A program made the translations under genes and the position numbers. This document shows, piece after piece, positions 41,982 to 52,581 of a stretch of DNA of 64,000 nt. Source of the stretch: an uncultured delta proteobacterium (GTDB lineage: Bacteria; Desulfobacterota; Binatia; UBA9968); the NCBI GenBank assembly GCA_963840855.1, contig CAWJBB010000041.1, forward strand, positions 128,001 to 192,000. The letters are read 5' to 3'. The notes under the pieces were generated by a model. That model saw nothing but the letters and a program-made list of their open reading frames with translations. It had not been told where the DNA came from and did no database searches. The stretch's first letter is position 1; every line of letters begins with the position of its first letter.

Positions 41982-43052
41982 ATGGACGTAACTGAACTTT
42001 TAGTATTTGGCGTCGAGCAGGGCGCCTCGGATTGCCACCTGAGCGCCGGTGAACCACCGATGATTCGCATTCACGGCGATCTCAAAAAGCTCGACTATCC
42101 GGCGATGTCGCGAGAGGAAGTTCACAGCCTGATTTACGACATCATGGGGGACGCGCAGCGCAAGACCTTCGAAGAAACCCATGAATGCGACTTTTCCTTC
42201 GAGATGGGTGCCATAGCGCGTTTCCGTGTCAACGTTTTTCTCCAGCGCAAAGGCGAAGGCGCCGTGTTTCGTACGATTCCCACCAAGATTCAAACCCTCG
42301 ATGAACTGGGCATGCCGCCGATTCTCCGCCAACTATGCGACAAAGAAAAAGGCTTGATTCTCGTGACCGGCCCCACGGGTTCGGGCAAATCGACGACCCT
42401 AGCGGCGATGGTCGATGATCTAAACAATACCTACGAAGGTCATATTCTAACCATTGAAGATCCTGTCGAATTCGTCCATCAATCAAAAAAATGTCTCGTC
42501 AACCAGCGCGAGCTTGGCCCGCACACCCACTCGTTCGCAAACGCGTTGAGAGCCGCGTTGCGCGAAGATCCTGACGTGATTCTGGTCGGTGAAATGCGCG
42601 ATCTGGAAACCATCCAGCTGGCGCTCACCGCAGCCGAAACGGGTCACATCGTCTTCGGCACGTTGCACACCTCCAGCGCGCCTAAAACCGTGGACCGTAT
42701 CATCGACGTATTTCCGCCCAGCCAGCAGGCGCAGATTCGCGCCCAGTTCGCCGAATCCATCGAGGCGGTAATTACGCAAACACTACTAAAGAAAAAAGGC
42801 GGGGGGCGCACCGCGGCATTGGAGATCATGACGGGCACGACAGCAGTGCGAAACCTGATTCGCGAAGGCAAGATCCACCAGATACCAGGCACCATGCAAG
42901 TAAGCCAAAAAGACGGCATGCAGACGATGGACATGGCGCTGATCAATCTCATTAACCGCGGTATCATCACGAGGGAAGAAGCGCAATCGAAGAGCATGAA
43001 CCCTAATCTTCTGGGTCCCAACGCCATGCCGGCCGTGGTGGCACGCGCCTAA
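41982..43052 (+). CDS. pilT: type IV pilus retraction ATPase PilT
   Basis: GPTGSGKSTT, TIEDPVE, ALREDPD, GTLHT and AVRNLIRE motifs. Confidence 0.96.
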   Translation: MDVTELLVFGVEQGASDCHLSAGEPPMIRIHGDLKKLDYPAMSREEVHSLIYDIMGDAQRKTFEETHECDFSFEMGAIARFRVNVFLQRKGEGAVFRTIPTKIQTLDELGMPPILRQLCDKEKGLILVTGPTGSGKSTTLAAMVDDLNNTYEGHILTIEDPVEFVHQSKKCLVNQRELGPHTHSFANALRAALREDPDVILVGEMRDLETIQLALTAAETGHIVFGTLHTSSAPKTVDRIIDVFPPSQQAQIRAQFAESIEAVITQTLLKKKGGGRTAALEIMTGTTAVRNLIREGKIHQIPGTMQVSQKDGMQTMDMALINLINRGIITREEAQSKSMNPNLLGPNAMPAVVARA

Positions 43053-43076
43053 ATCTCAATTAGATCGGAGTCGTAG

Positions 43077-44258
43077 ATGGAAGGATTGATCAAAATTCAC
43101 GAGATGCTTCGAGTTATGGTGGATATCGATGCCTCTGATCTATATTTGACTGTGGCCAGGCCGCCCATGTATCGGATCAACGGACTCATCCAGCCCCGCG
43201 GCGACGACGTGCCATTCGTGCAGGCCGATCTGGATATTCTTGCCAACTCGATCATGAACGACTGGCAGCACAAGGAATTCGAAGCACAACACGAAATGAA
43301 CATGGCGATGGCGCTGCCTGGCATAAGCCGATTTCGTGTGAACATCTTTCGTCAGCGCGGCTCCGTCGGGTTGGTGATCCGGCGCATCAACGCCGTGGTG
43401 CCCACTCTAGAGGAGCTTGGGCTACCTTCGATCCTGGGAGAGATCGCCATGACCAAGCGGGGCCTGGTGCTGGTGGTTGGCGCCACGGGTTCGGGAAAAT
43501 CAACCAGTCAGGCGGCCATGGTCGATTATCGCAACAAGCGTGAACAGGGGCATATCATCACCATCGAAGACCCCATCGAATTCGTCCATTCGCACGATAA
43601 ATCGATCATCACCCAGCGCGAAGTCGGGTTCGACACTCATTCATTCGGCGCGGCGCTGAAAAATACTCTGCGCCAGGCGCCGGATGTCATTCTGGTCGGC
43701 GAAATCCGCGACACCGAAACTATGGAAGCGGCCATCACCTTCGCGGAGACCGGCCATCTGTGCTTGGGCACGTTGCATTCGAACAACGCCAACCAGGCCA
43801 TCGAGCGCGTGATGAACTTTTTTACCCATGAACGCCATGCCCAGATCTATCTTCAATTGTCGTTAAATTTGCGGGCCATCGTTTCCCAGCGGCTGATTCG
43901 CACCGTCGACGGCAAGCGCACCGCCGCGTTGGAAATAATGATGGACACTCCGTATATCAAAGACCTCATCAAACGCGGCGAGGTCGATACTATCAAAGAG
44001 GGCATGGAGCAGGGGGTCCAGGAAGGCTGCCAGACCTTCGACCAGGCCTTGTTCAGTCTCTATAAAGAGGGAAAGATCAGCCTGGAGCACGCGTTGATCA
44101 ACGCCGACAGCACCAACAACCTGAGACTCAAGATCAAGTTCGCGGGCCTCCAGTACGACCAGGAGCCGGAGATGTCAGATCAGGTAGGGCACGCAAACAG
44201 GCAGGCGGCGCAAGCGGCGGCAAGAGCCGCCAACGCGTTTCGCATCAAGAGATCCTAA
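43077..44258 (+). CDS. pilU: type IV pilus ATPase PilU
   Basis: GATGSGKST, LRQAPDV and TLHSNNANQA motifs. Follows pilT. Confidence 0.93.
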   Translation: MEGLIKIHEMLRVMVDIDASDLYLTVARPPMYRINGLIQPRGDDVPFVQADLDILANSIMNDWQHKEFEAQHEMNMAMALPGISRFRVNIFRQRGSVGLVIRRINAVVPTLEELGLPSILGEIAMTKRGLVLVVGATGSGKSTSQAAMVDYRNKREQGHIITIEDPIEFVHSHDKSIITQREVGFDTHSFGAALKNTLRQAPDVILVGEIRDTETMEAAITFAETGHLCLGTLHSNNANQAIERVMNFFTHERHAQIYLQLSLNLRAIVSQRLIRTVDGKRTAALEIMMDTPYIKDLIKRGEVDTIKEGMEQGVQEGCQTFDQALFSLYKEGKISLEHALINADSTNNLRLKIKFAGLQYDQEPEMSDQVGHANRQAAQAAARAANAFRIKRS

Positions 44259-44337
44259 GTTATTAGTAATGTGGACGTGCTCTGGCCAGATTTTCCGAGA
44301 GCCCTCGTTGTGATGGCGGTAGCCCAGCTTTGTAGAA

Positions 44338-44673
44338 TCATACCTGGAGCAGAACCCATGCTGTGACGATCGTCCCGACAATCGCTCCGCCATAGCACAG
44401 CACGGCAAGGAGCTTGTTTACGGGTTTGAGCCCCATATCATTCAGCGTGAAGTAGAAGCGATGGGCCCAGTGGTATAGGGGCAGAACGATCAGAACAAAA
44501 AGATAAAGCTTCACCCACCAGGCGCCATATAACGCCCCACTGTCGGTAATCCAGCCAAGCGGCACAGCAAAGCCAACGAGGATGATGTGAATGGGAACGA
44601 GGAATGCGGCGACTACGCCTCCTGCAGAGAAGAGTCCCCACCAAAAAGGTTCCGAGGTTTTTTCCGTGCTCAT
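44338..44673 (-). CDS. frdD: fumarate reductase membrane anchor D
   Basis: EPFWWGLFSAGG and HWAHR motifs. Confidence 0.9.
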   Translation of the reverse strand: MSTEKTSEPFWWGLFSAGGVVAAFLVPIHIILVGFAVPLGWITDSGALYGAWWVKLYLFVLIVLPLYHWAHRFYFTLNDMGLKPVNKLLAVLCYGGAIVGTIVTAWVLLQV

Positions 44674-44676
44674 CTT

Positions 44677-45090
44677 TCAACCTTTAAGCGCGAGAAACAA
44701 GATCAAAACTGCCAGTGAGACCACGGCCCAGGCGCCAACATGCAGCGCCATGACGAATGGCCGGGGGATCAAACGCTCGCCGATACGTAGCTGCAAAACA
44801 ACCGCACTCGATTGAAACCACGTAACGCTGTGGTACAAGGCGAACAGCAGAGCCACCAGGTGAAAAAGTACCCACCCCGGCGAGCTGAGCTTTCCCGCGA
44901 ATGCGATGTAAGCTTGGGGCCCTTGGGTCAATTGATATATCTGGCAAAGGTAGACAATGAGGAAGATAGCAATAAATACGCTCGAAAGCTCGCGCAGCAT
45001 GAACAGAAAGTAACTCTGCTTCTTCAGCCACCAGGTGGCCGGCATTTTCCGGTGGTAGAGCTTGGATGGCTCAGGTCGCGTTACGCTCAT
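44677..45090 (-). CDS. frdC: fumarate reductase membrane anchor C
   Basis: YHRKMPATWW...FMLRE and HSVTWF motifs. Confidence 0.9.
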   Translation of the reverse strand: MSVTRPEPSKLYHRKMPATWWLKKQSYFLFMLRELSSVFIAIFLIVYLCQIYQLTQGPQAYIAFAGKLSSPGWVLFHLVALLFALYHSVTWFQSSAVVLQLRIGERLIPRPFVMALHVGAWAVVSLAVLILFLALKG

Positions 45091-45133
45091 CCTTCGATCC
45101 TCCGCTGGATGACCCTGAGCTCAGTCAAACCGG

Positions 45134-45877
45134 TCATCGCTGCCCCCAAGGCATCAGGATCGACTGAAACCAGTTTTTCGTGGTATCCACCTTGGAGCGC
45201 TGGATCGCCGCGGCCGGATCCACATGCTTCGGACAAACAACGCTGCATTCTCCGACAAATGTGCAATCCCAGATGCCGTCGTGGTTGCCGATAATTTCGC
45301 GTTGATCTTTTCCTTGATCGCGCGAGTCCATGTTGTAGCGGTAGCCAAGCGCAATGGCGGCCGGGCCCAAAAACTTCGGCTCCAGCCCATAGACCGGACA
45401 AGCGGAGTAGCAAAGCATGCAGTTAATGCACTGGGTAAATTGATGGAACTCCTCGAGCTCCGCTGGCGTCTGTAGATACTCTCCTTGACTCACGGGTTTT
45501 TCGTCCCTGCGGATAATCCAGGGTTTCACGCTTTTCAGCTTGTCCATGAAGTCACTCATATCAATGACGAGATCGCGGATGATCGGAAAATTGACCAGAG
45601 GCTCGACGCGAATCGCCTGCGGATAATAGTCGCGCAGAAATGCAGCGCAGGTTAGCTTCGGCACGCCATTGACCATCATGCCGCAACTGCCGCAGACGCC
45701 CATGCGACAGGACCAGCGGTAGCTCAGCGTGCCGTCAATCTGGTCTTTGATGTGATTTAGCGCATCGAGAACGACCCAATCTTGCTTGAACGGGACCGTG
45801 TAAGCTTGGGTTGTCGGAGCATGATCTTGCCCAGGGCGATAGCGGGTAACATTCAATGTGATGGTTGGCTCTGCCAT
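45134..45877 (-). CDS. frdB: fumarate reductase iron-sulfur subunit
   Basis: [22 protein letters not shown] and [17 protein letters not shown] motifs. Confidence 0.95.
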   Translation of the reverse strand: MAEPTITLNVTRYRPGQDHAPTTQAYTVPFKQDWVVLDALNHIKDQIDGTLSYRWSCRMGVCGSCGMMVNGVPKLTCAAFLRDYYPQAIRVEPLVNFPIIRDLVIDMSDFMDKLKSVKPWIIRRDEKPVSQGEYLQTPAELEEFHQFTQCINCMLCYSACPVYGLEPKFLGPAAIALGYRYNMDSRDQGKDQREIIGNHDGIWDCTFVGECSVVCPKHVDPAAAIQRSKVDTTKNWFQSILMPWGQR

Positions 45878-45953
45878 TGTCTCCTCGTTCTAGCGGTTTC
45901 GCGTTACGACCCGGGATCCGAGTTCTCACGACACCTCGCCCAACGCGCATCGG

Positions 45954-47684
45954 CTAATATTTTCTCTCCTCGGGTGGCCAGCGCGTGATGGTCACGGGCA
46001 GGTATTCGATTCTCGGCCCGTCCGCCGTCCGGTAAGCCAGAGTATGCTTGAGGAAATTCTCATCGTCGCGTTTAGGGAAGTCCGTTCGAGTGTGTGAACC
46101 ACGCGACTCTTTTCGCTTCAACGCAGAATTTGCAATGGTCTCGGCCACGTCGAGCATGAAATCGAGCTCAAGCGCGTTCATGACTTCTGTGTTAAAGGTG
46201 CTGCCGCGGTCTTCAATGATGACGTTATTGAAACGCTCTCTAAGGGTTCTTAACGTGTTGCAAGCCTGCTGCATGCTTTGTTCGTCGCGATAGATTCCCG
46301 CGCCATCCTCCATTGCTTTTTGCATGTCTTGGCGAATGGTCGCAATTCTCTCCTTGCCACCATCCTTCTTCAAGAACTGGCGATCAAGACGCTGTTGTTC
46401 GTCCTTCGCCAGCGCCAGCAGTGTTGCTGACGAGGGCGGGGAAATGGAGGCGGCGTAGGCCGCCGCTGCGCGGCCCGCCCGATTGCCGAAGACCAATAGC
46501 TCGGTCAGGGAGTTGGAACCCAACCGGTTGGCGCCGTTTAGCGAAACGCAGGCGGTTTCTCCGGCGGCATAGAGTCCCGGCAAATTTGTCTTGGCATCGA
46601 TATCCGTCGAGATGCCGCCCATCATGTAATGCACGACGGGGCGCACCGGAATCGGCTCATAAACGGGGTCTATCCCGACGTACTTGCTTGCCAATTCGCG
46701 CACGAACGGCAATTTCTTGTTGATGACTTCCTCGCCGAGATGGCGCAGGTCGAGGTGAACGTAATGGCCGTACGGACCCTCGAAGGTTCGCCCTTTGGCC
46801 AGTTCCTGCATGTGACAGCGCGAAAGAATGTCACGCGGACCTAACTCCATCTTGCGGTGGGTGGGCGTATCCGTCGGCGGCCCAAGCCCGTAGTCCTGGA
46901 GGTAGCGGTACCCGTCTTTGTTTTTTAGCCAACCGCCTTCACCCCGCGACGCTTCGGTAATCAAAATGCCGGTTCCTGGTAGGCCAGTGGGATGGTATTG
47001 AACGAACTCCATGTCTTTCAGCGCGACCCCCGCTCGATAGGCCACCGCCATGCCGTCCCCGGTATTGATGGCGGCGTTGGTGGTGAAAGGGAAGACACGG
47101 CCACCGCCGCCGGTGCAGAAAATAACCGCTTTCCCGGCGATCACTTCGACTTGGCCGGTATAGAGATTGATCGACGTGACCCCGCGCACCTTTCCATCGT
47201 CGACCAATAATGCGGTGAGGAAGCATTCATCATAGCGGATGATATTGTCGTACTTCAAAGAAGTCTGAAACAGGGTGTGGAGCAAGTGAAAGCCAGTTTT
47301 GTCCGCGGCAAAGAGCGTGCGATCAACGGTCATGCCACCGAAGGACCTGACGCTCACGCGACCGTCAGGATCGCGGCTCCAGGGACAACCCCAATGTTCC
47401 AACTGGATGAGTTCACCAGGCGCTTCCTTCACGAAAGCTTCGACCGCACCTTGGTCGGCCAAGAAGTCGGCGCCGAAAATGGTGTCCTTCGCATGCAGAT
47501 CGAGGCTATCGAAGTCACGCATCACCGCCGCGGTACCGCCCTCGGCGGAGACCGTGTGGCTTCTCATGGGATAGACTTTGGAGACTAATGCGATCGACAG
47601 CTTGCTCGATACCTCCGCTGCCGCGATCGCGGCGCGCAGGCCAGCACCACCGCCACCGATGATAACAAGGTCATGAGTATACAT
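45954..47684 (-). CDS. frdA: fumarate reductase flavoprotein subunit
   Basis: [10 protein letters not shown] (covalent FAD His), [20 protein letters not shown] and [10 protein letters not shown] motifs. Confidence 0.95.
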   Translation of the reverse strand: MYTHDLVIIGGGGAGLRAAIAAAEVSSKLSIALVSKVYPMRSHTVSAEGGTAAVMRDFDSLDLHAKDTIFGADFLADQGAVEAFVKEAPGELIQLEHWGCPWSRDPDGRVSVRSFGGMTVDRTLFAADKTGFHLLHTLFQTSLKYDNIIRYDECFLTALLVDDGKVRGVTSINLYTGQVEVIAGKAVIFCTGGGGRVFPFTTNAAINTGDGMAVAYRAGVALKDMEFVQYHPTGLPGTGILITEASRGEGGWLKNKDGYRYLQDYGLGPPTDTPTHRKMELGPRDILSRCHMQELAKGRTFEGPYGHYVHLDLRHLGEEVINKKLPFVRELASKYVGIDPVYEPIPVRPVVHYMMGGISTDIDAKTNLPGLYAAGETACVSLNGANRLGSNSLTELLVFGNRAGRAAAAYAASISPPSSATLLALAKDEQQRLDRQFLKKDGGKERIATIRQDMQKAMEDGAGIYRDEQSMQQACNTLRTLRERFNNVIIEDRGSTFNTEVMNALELDFMLDVAETIANSALKRKESRGSHTRTDFPKRDDENFLKHTLAYRTADGPRIEYLPVTITRWPPEERKY

Positions 47685-47780
47685 CGTGAAATTTCTTATA
47701 TGCTGCTATGCTGGGAGTCAAGACTGCTGTGGAACTTCTCGTTAGCGAGAACTGAATTGGCGCGGGATGGGGAGCGGCCC

Positions 47781-47984
47781 TTACTTAGTTTTCTTGACGA
47801 TTTGATATCCGAGTTCCTGAATGGCAGAGACGATATCGGCGACGGCGGTGAGGTCGTGGATCTCGGCGTGGCCCATGCGCAGCTTCACCGCGTAATTATA
47901 ACCATAAGGATGTTTTTCCTTGCGAAACTTGAGAATCTCCTGCGCCAGTGCGAGGAAATTCGCCTGTGGCTCCTCATTTTCCAT
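47781..47984 (-). CDS. small hypothetical protein
   Basis: MENEEPQANFLALAQEILKF..., 67 aa, lying between the two reductase operons. Confidence 0.5.
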   Translation of the reverse strand: MENEEPQANFLALAQEILKFRKEKHPYGYNYAVKLRMGHAEIHDLTAVADIVSAIQELGYQIVKKTK

Positions 47985-47998
47985 ACCAATGGGGATAA

Positions 47999-48083
47999 GG
48001 AATATTGGAGTGCTGGAGCGTTGAGGCAAGAGGAATGTTGTTCCCCTTACGCGTTACTCCACCACTCCACGACTCCAATGCTC
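47999..48083. repeat. TGGAGT-type short-period inverted repeat (stem-loop)
   Basis: ggaatattggagtgctggagcgttg ... cgttactccaccactccacgactccaatgctc. Half-units also occur at 12744, 56231 and 57956. Confidence 0.7.
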
Positions 48084-48090
48084 GCTTCTT

Positions 48091-48972
48091 CTACGTGAGC
48101 ATCTCCACTTTTGTTTCCACTGGCTTGGTCGAAACAATGTGGCGTTTGAGGTTCATTTCTTCCGGGTCGAAGCCCAGGGCCAGGCCGACGAACTGCGGCA
48201 AATGCAGAATCGGCAGGTTAATTTCTTGCCCGGTTTGCGCTTCCGCTCGCGACTGGTTCCCGTCGAGATTGAGATGACAAAGCGGACAGGGTGTCACCAT
48301 AAAATCGGCGCCCTTTTCTTTGGACTCGCCGGTGTGTTTCGCTACCATCGCAAGAGAGTTTTCCTCGTTCGCCGACAGAATCGGAAATCCACAGCACTTT
48401 CCTTTACCGCTAATATCGGCCAGTTCGGCGCCCACGATGCCGATGATCTGATCCAGATAACCCTTTCGCGCGTTGGATTCTTTGGTCGGAGTGATCGCTT
48501 CCGCCGGTCGACGGAGAAAGCAACCGTAAAATGGCGAGACTTTCAGCCCTGTAAGCGGCCTGCGGATTAACGATTTGAGACGGTCAATCCCATAATCCTC
48601 AAACAGCACCCAAAGCAGGTGTTTGACCTCGGTTGTGCCTTTATATTCGAGTCCCTCTTCGGCAAGATACTCTTTATTGATTTTTGCCCGGTACTCCGGG
48701 TCGCTGGTGAGCCGGTAATTGGCTTGCGCCAGAACGCCCTGGCAGGTGCTGCATATAGTCATCATCGGCAGACCCAGCTTCTCCGCCTTTGCCAAGGTCC
48801 GCGCGTTGATGGGGTCGGAAAGATACTGTGGCAAGACCCCCGCGCCGGTGCATGCCACATCTTTCATCTCTTCGATCTCGATGTTGAGTTTGTCCGCCAC
48901 CTTGACAGACGACGGAAACAGTTCGGGGCAACCGCCTTTAGAAACGCATCCGGGATAAAACGCGTACTTCAT
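48091..48972 (-). CDS. CCG-domain protein (HdrB/SdhE-like)
   Basis: YAFYPGC, CTG, CSTC, FYGC, CCG and [11 protein letters not shown] motifs. Confidence 0.9.
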   Translation of the reverse strand: MKYAFYPGCVSKGGCPELFPSSVKVADKLNIEIEEMKDVACTGAGVLPQYLSDPINARTLAKAEKLGLPMMTICSTCQGVLAQANYRLTSDPEYRAKINKEYLAEEGLEYKGTTEVKHLLWVLFEDYGIDRLKSLIRRPLTGLKVSPFYGCFLRRPAEAITPTKESNARKGYLDQIIGIVGAELADISGKGKCCGFPILSANEENSLAMVAKHTGESKEKGADFMVTPCPLCHLNLDGNQSRAEAQTGQEINLPILHLPQFVGLALGFDPEEMNLKRHIVSTKPVETKVEMLT

Positions 48973-49928
48973 TTTTTCTCCGCCTCTCCTTTCTCGAAAA
49001 TCCTTTTAATTTGTTCAGCTCCCGGCCTCTTGGAATGCATGTAGGGGATGGGCGCCTTGCCCCTTACCATGGCTTTAGCGGCCGTGGGCAAAAGCTTCAT
49101 GAGACCTGAAACATTGGTAAGACCTTCCGACTCCACCGCGAGCCTCCCCTCGTCCAACCAGCCGCTTTCCTTGACTGACGCGGCAAAACTTTGATGATGG
49201 CGCGCGACCTTGTCATTGGTGATGCCAGCTCGGAAGGCCTCGTCTCTTATGGCGATAATGCGCTTGGTGGGCTCGATTCCTCTAGGGCAGTGTTCGTCGG
49301 CCTCATAACAATGAACACAGTCCCAAACTCCTTTCGGTCCTTCGAGGATTTTCATTCGCTCCTTGTGGTCTTTCTCTTTAGGATCGAAGACAAAACGGTA
49401 AGCTTTGGTGAGGGCGGCGGGACCGAGGAAGTTGAAATCCACCGGTAAAACCGAGCACCCTTCATCGCACATACCACAGTGATAACAGCTCATGACTTTT
49501 CGCAAATCCTTAAGCGGTGCGTCCGGGATGATATTTTCACCGTCGGCAGCCGTCTCGCTGGCATCGAGCCAGGGTTTGGTGGCCCGGATCTTATTCCACA
49601 TGAAGGCGTCCCAGTCGAAAACCAGATCCTTGATGACCGGCACGTTGCGCAGCGGATCGAGGGAGATCTCAGGCCCCTTTTGGGTGTAGGCAGAGACTTT
49701 GGCCGTGCAGGTCAAACGGCTACTGCCGTTAACGCGAACCATGCAGTCGCCGCAGTGACCCCGGAGGCAGGAACAGCGAAACGCCAGGCTGCTGTCCATT
49801 TCATCGCGAATTTTGAACAGCGCTTCGAGAACCGTGGCGCCGTCGGGCACCTCGACAGTGTAATTGGAACGGCCTGGCTTGCCGTCCTTTTCCGGATCCT
49901 TGCGGTAAACCTTGAATGTTACTTCCAT
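48969..49928 (-). CDS. succinate dehydrogenase/fumarate reductase Fe-S subunit, long form
   Basis: [20 protein letters not shown] and [12 protein letters not shown] motifs plus a C-terminal extension (GWLDEGRL). Confidence 0.9.
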   Translation of the reverse strand: MEVTFKVYRKDPEKDGKPGRSNYTVEVPDGATVLEALFKIRDEMDSSLAFRCSCLRGHCGDCMVRVNGSSRLTCTAKVSAYTQKGPEISLDPLRNVPVIKDLVFDWDAFMWNKIRATKPWLDASETAADGENIIPDAPLKDLRKVMSCYHCGMCDEGCSVLPVDFNFLGPAALTKAYRFVFDPKEKDHKERMKILEGPKGVWDCVHCYEADEHCPRGIEPTKRIIAIRDEAFRAGITNDKVARHHQSFAASVKESGWLDEGRLAVESEGLTNVSGLMKLLPTAAKAMVRGKAPIPYMHSKRPGAEQIKRIFEKGEAEKK

Positions 49929-49955
49929 GACTATTCCCTCCTACGATCGCCGATT

Positions 49956-51574
49956 TTAATTCGCGACCGGCTTTTTCTCGATTTGCGCTGCACCCTGTGA
50001 AAGTCTCGCAACGGTATGGTTCTTCCAATTCCCGTCGTCGGCTGCGGGAAAATCTTTTCGATAGTGCGCGCCGCGGCTTTCCTTACGAGCTTGCGCCGAG
50101 AGCGCCACCACTTCCGCAAGGGTAAGCATTGCTCCGACTTCAAAATGGCTGGTCAGCTCATAATTGTAAATCTTCGACGGGTTCCTAACGCGCAGCCTGC
50201 GATGCCGCTCTTGCAGTTTCTTGATGCCGTCAAGCGCCGCCTGCAATCCCCCCGCGTCGCGCGCGAGACCGACCTTTTCGTTCATCAAATGCCCGACTTC
50301 GGCTTGCACGTTGCCCAAGGAGTCGCCGGCAGCGTCTGCTGAGGCGAGCGCGGCAAGCTTTTTTTCTTCCTCCGCGAGCTTGGCCGCGGGAAAGCTCTTT
50401 TTGGCGGCGGATTTTGCGTAGGCGGCGGCCGCCTCGCCGACCTTTTTACCGAATACTACCGCTTCGGCTAGAGTGTTACCGGCCAGACGGCCGGCCCCGT
50501 TAAGCCCATTGCAGGCGCATTCGCCGACGGCGAACAGGCCGGCCAGCGAGGTTTCACCTGAAGCCTTGGTCTCGATGCCACCCATCGGACGATGGGCGAC
50601 AGGATGAATTGGAATCAAGTCTTTCGTGCAATCCAGGCCGGCCACGGAGCGGAGCAGCTCGTGAGTCTGGGGGAAGAGGGAAAGAATATTCTCCTTGCCC
50701 ATGGGTTTCAGATCGAGGCAGGTAGAGCCATCGCCGTTTTGCGCTGCCGCGACGATCGCCAGGCAAAGTTTATCCCTCGGCGCGCCCTTGGTTATTTGAA
50801 TCGCCGCTCCCTGCCGGTTGACGATCTGCGCTCCTCCGCCCAAGGTGGCTTCGGTGATCAGCAGGCTTTGCCCCTTGGGAAATACCGTGGGATGAAACTG
50901 GACCATTTCCATATCCACCAACGTCGCGCCGGACTGGTAGGCAAGGGCCTGACCGTCGCCGGTTGTGCCGACGGAGACGGTGGAAGGAAAATACATCCGC
51001 GTGAAACCGCCGGTGGCAAGTATCACGGCCCGCGCAGCGAAAGAATCGAGCTTGCCCGATCTGAGGCCGAGGGCGACGGCTCCGAGACAAGCCCCGCCGT
51101 CGACGGCTAGCGAAGTGGCGAACCATTCTTCGAACCGCGTAATACCCTCGCGCTGGAATTGCTCGTACAGTACTTGGAGGACGATGTGGCCGGTCCGATC
51201 ATCGGCGAAGCAGCTACGGCTCCGGCTATTGGAGCCGAAAGCGCGGCGATCGAGCCGTCCTTCCTTGTCACGATTGAAAGGAACACCCATGCGGTCGAGC
51301 CAGATGACTTCCCGCGCCGCCTCTTCGGCGAAGCTCTGCACCACCGACCGCTCGCACAATCCATCTCCCGCAGCGAGGATGTCCTGGGCAAAAGCCTCTG
51401 GAGAGTCGTCCTTCCCCAGCGGGGCGTTAATCCCTCCCTGGGCGATGCCTGAGTTGGATTTCAGCGGATGGTTTTTTGAAATCAGCGCCACCGAAGCGCC
51501 GCGCGCTTTGCGGCGATGGCCGCTCTTAGTCCTGAAACTCCGCCACCAATGACGACGACATCGAATTCTGGCAT
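49956..51574 (-). CDS. SdhA/FrdA-like flavoprotein, atypical (frameshift ~51500)
   Basis: MPEFDVVVIGGGVSGLRAA from ATG 51574, continuing in another frame as KSNSGIAQGG, QFHPT, HRPMGG and RKESRGAHYR. Confidence 0.88.
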
Positions 51575-51756
51575 CTGAGCTCCGTTTATCTGTTGTGCTT
51601 CGGACTTATAACAAATGGCTATATGGGGGTCAAGGAAACGTCCTGATATGTTTTTAGTTGGAAGGGAACTTAGGCGATGATATTGTTACCATTTAGCATG
51701 AAGACAAGCATCATTGACAACAAGAGATAGGGTTGATCGTGACCGCCGATATCCTC

Positions 51757-52434
51757 ATGCAATCTCTTAATCAGCTCAACAAGGCTATAGTAGAATGTCA
51801 CAAGTGCCCGCGTTTAGTCCGTTGGCGCCAGGCATGCGCCAAAAAGCCACCGCGGCGTTACGCTGGGGGAAAATATTGGGCCAAGCCTCTGCCTGGCTTC
51901 GGCGATCCCCAGGCGCGGCTCCTGATTGTCGGACTCGCGCCCGCGGCGCATGGTGGTAACCGCACCGGCAGAATGTTTACCGGCGACCGCAGCGGCGATT
52001 GGCTATATGGAGCGCTTTATGCCGCGGATTTTGCGAACCAGCCGAATTCGGAACATCCCGGCGACGGTCTCAAACTTCGAGATTGCTACATCTCGGCGGC
52101 GGTGCGCTGCGCGCCGCCGGACAACAAGCCCAATAGTTTGGAATTTGCGCGCTGCCGCCCTTATCTGGTCGAAGAGCTAAAGCTCTTCGAGAATGTTCGC
52201 GTCGTAATCGTCCTCGGCAAGATCGCCTTCGATTCATTTCTTGCCGCGTACCGGGAAAACGGCGGCGCAGTTTCCAAGCCGACGCCAAAATTCGGCCATG
52301 GCGTCTCGGTCGTGTTGCCGGACGGCATCCAGCTCATATGCTCGTATCACCCGAGTCAGCAGAACACGTTCACTGGCAGGCTAACCCAGCCGATGTTTCA
52401 GGCAATCTTCGACCGGGCTAAAGCGGCCTTGTAG
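51757..52434 (+). CDS. uracil-DNA glycosylase family 5 (UdgB-like, Fe-S)
   Basis: CxxCPRL, GLAPAAHGGNRTGRMFTGD and YHPSQQN motifs. Confidence 0.92.
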   Translation: MQSLNQLNKAIVECHKCPRLVRWRQACAKKPPRRYAGGKYWAKPLPGFGDPQARLLIVGLAPAAHGGNRTGRMFTGDRSGDWLYGALYAADFANQPNSEHPGDGLKLRDCYISAAVRCAPPDNKPNSLEFARCRPYLVEELKLFENVRVVIVLGKIAFDSFLAAYRENGGAVSKPTPKFGHGVSVVLPDGIQLICSYHPSQQNTFTGRLTQPMFQAIFDRAKAAL

Positions 52435-52487
52435 GTTTCCTGCCGCGCTGGTCGTGGCGGGGGCTTGGTGTTACCTATGGGGCAAGC

Positions 52488-52541
52488 GGTTCAAAGTTCA
52501 AGACCGTAGGCAGTTCAATGTTCAACGGTTCTAAGTTCAAA
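52488..52541 (+). repeat. GTTCAA 7-nt-period tandem repeat
   Basis: gttcaaagttcaag...gttcaatgttcaacggttctaagttcaaa. Confidence 0.65.
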
Positions 52542-52581
52542 GTTGACCGCAAATCAAATGCCGCGTCTCGGGAGCAAAATC

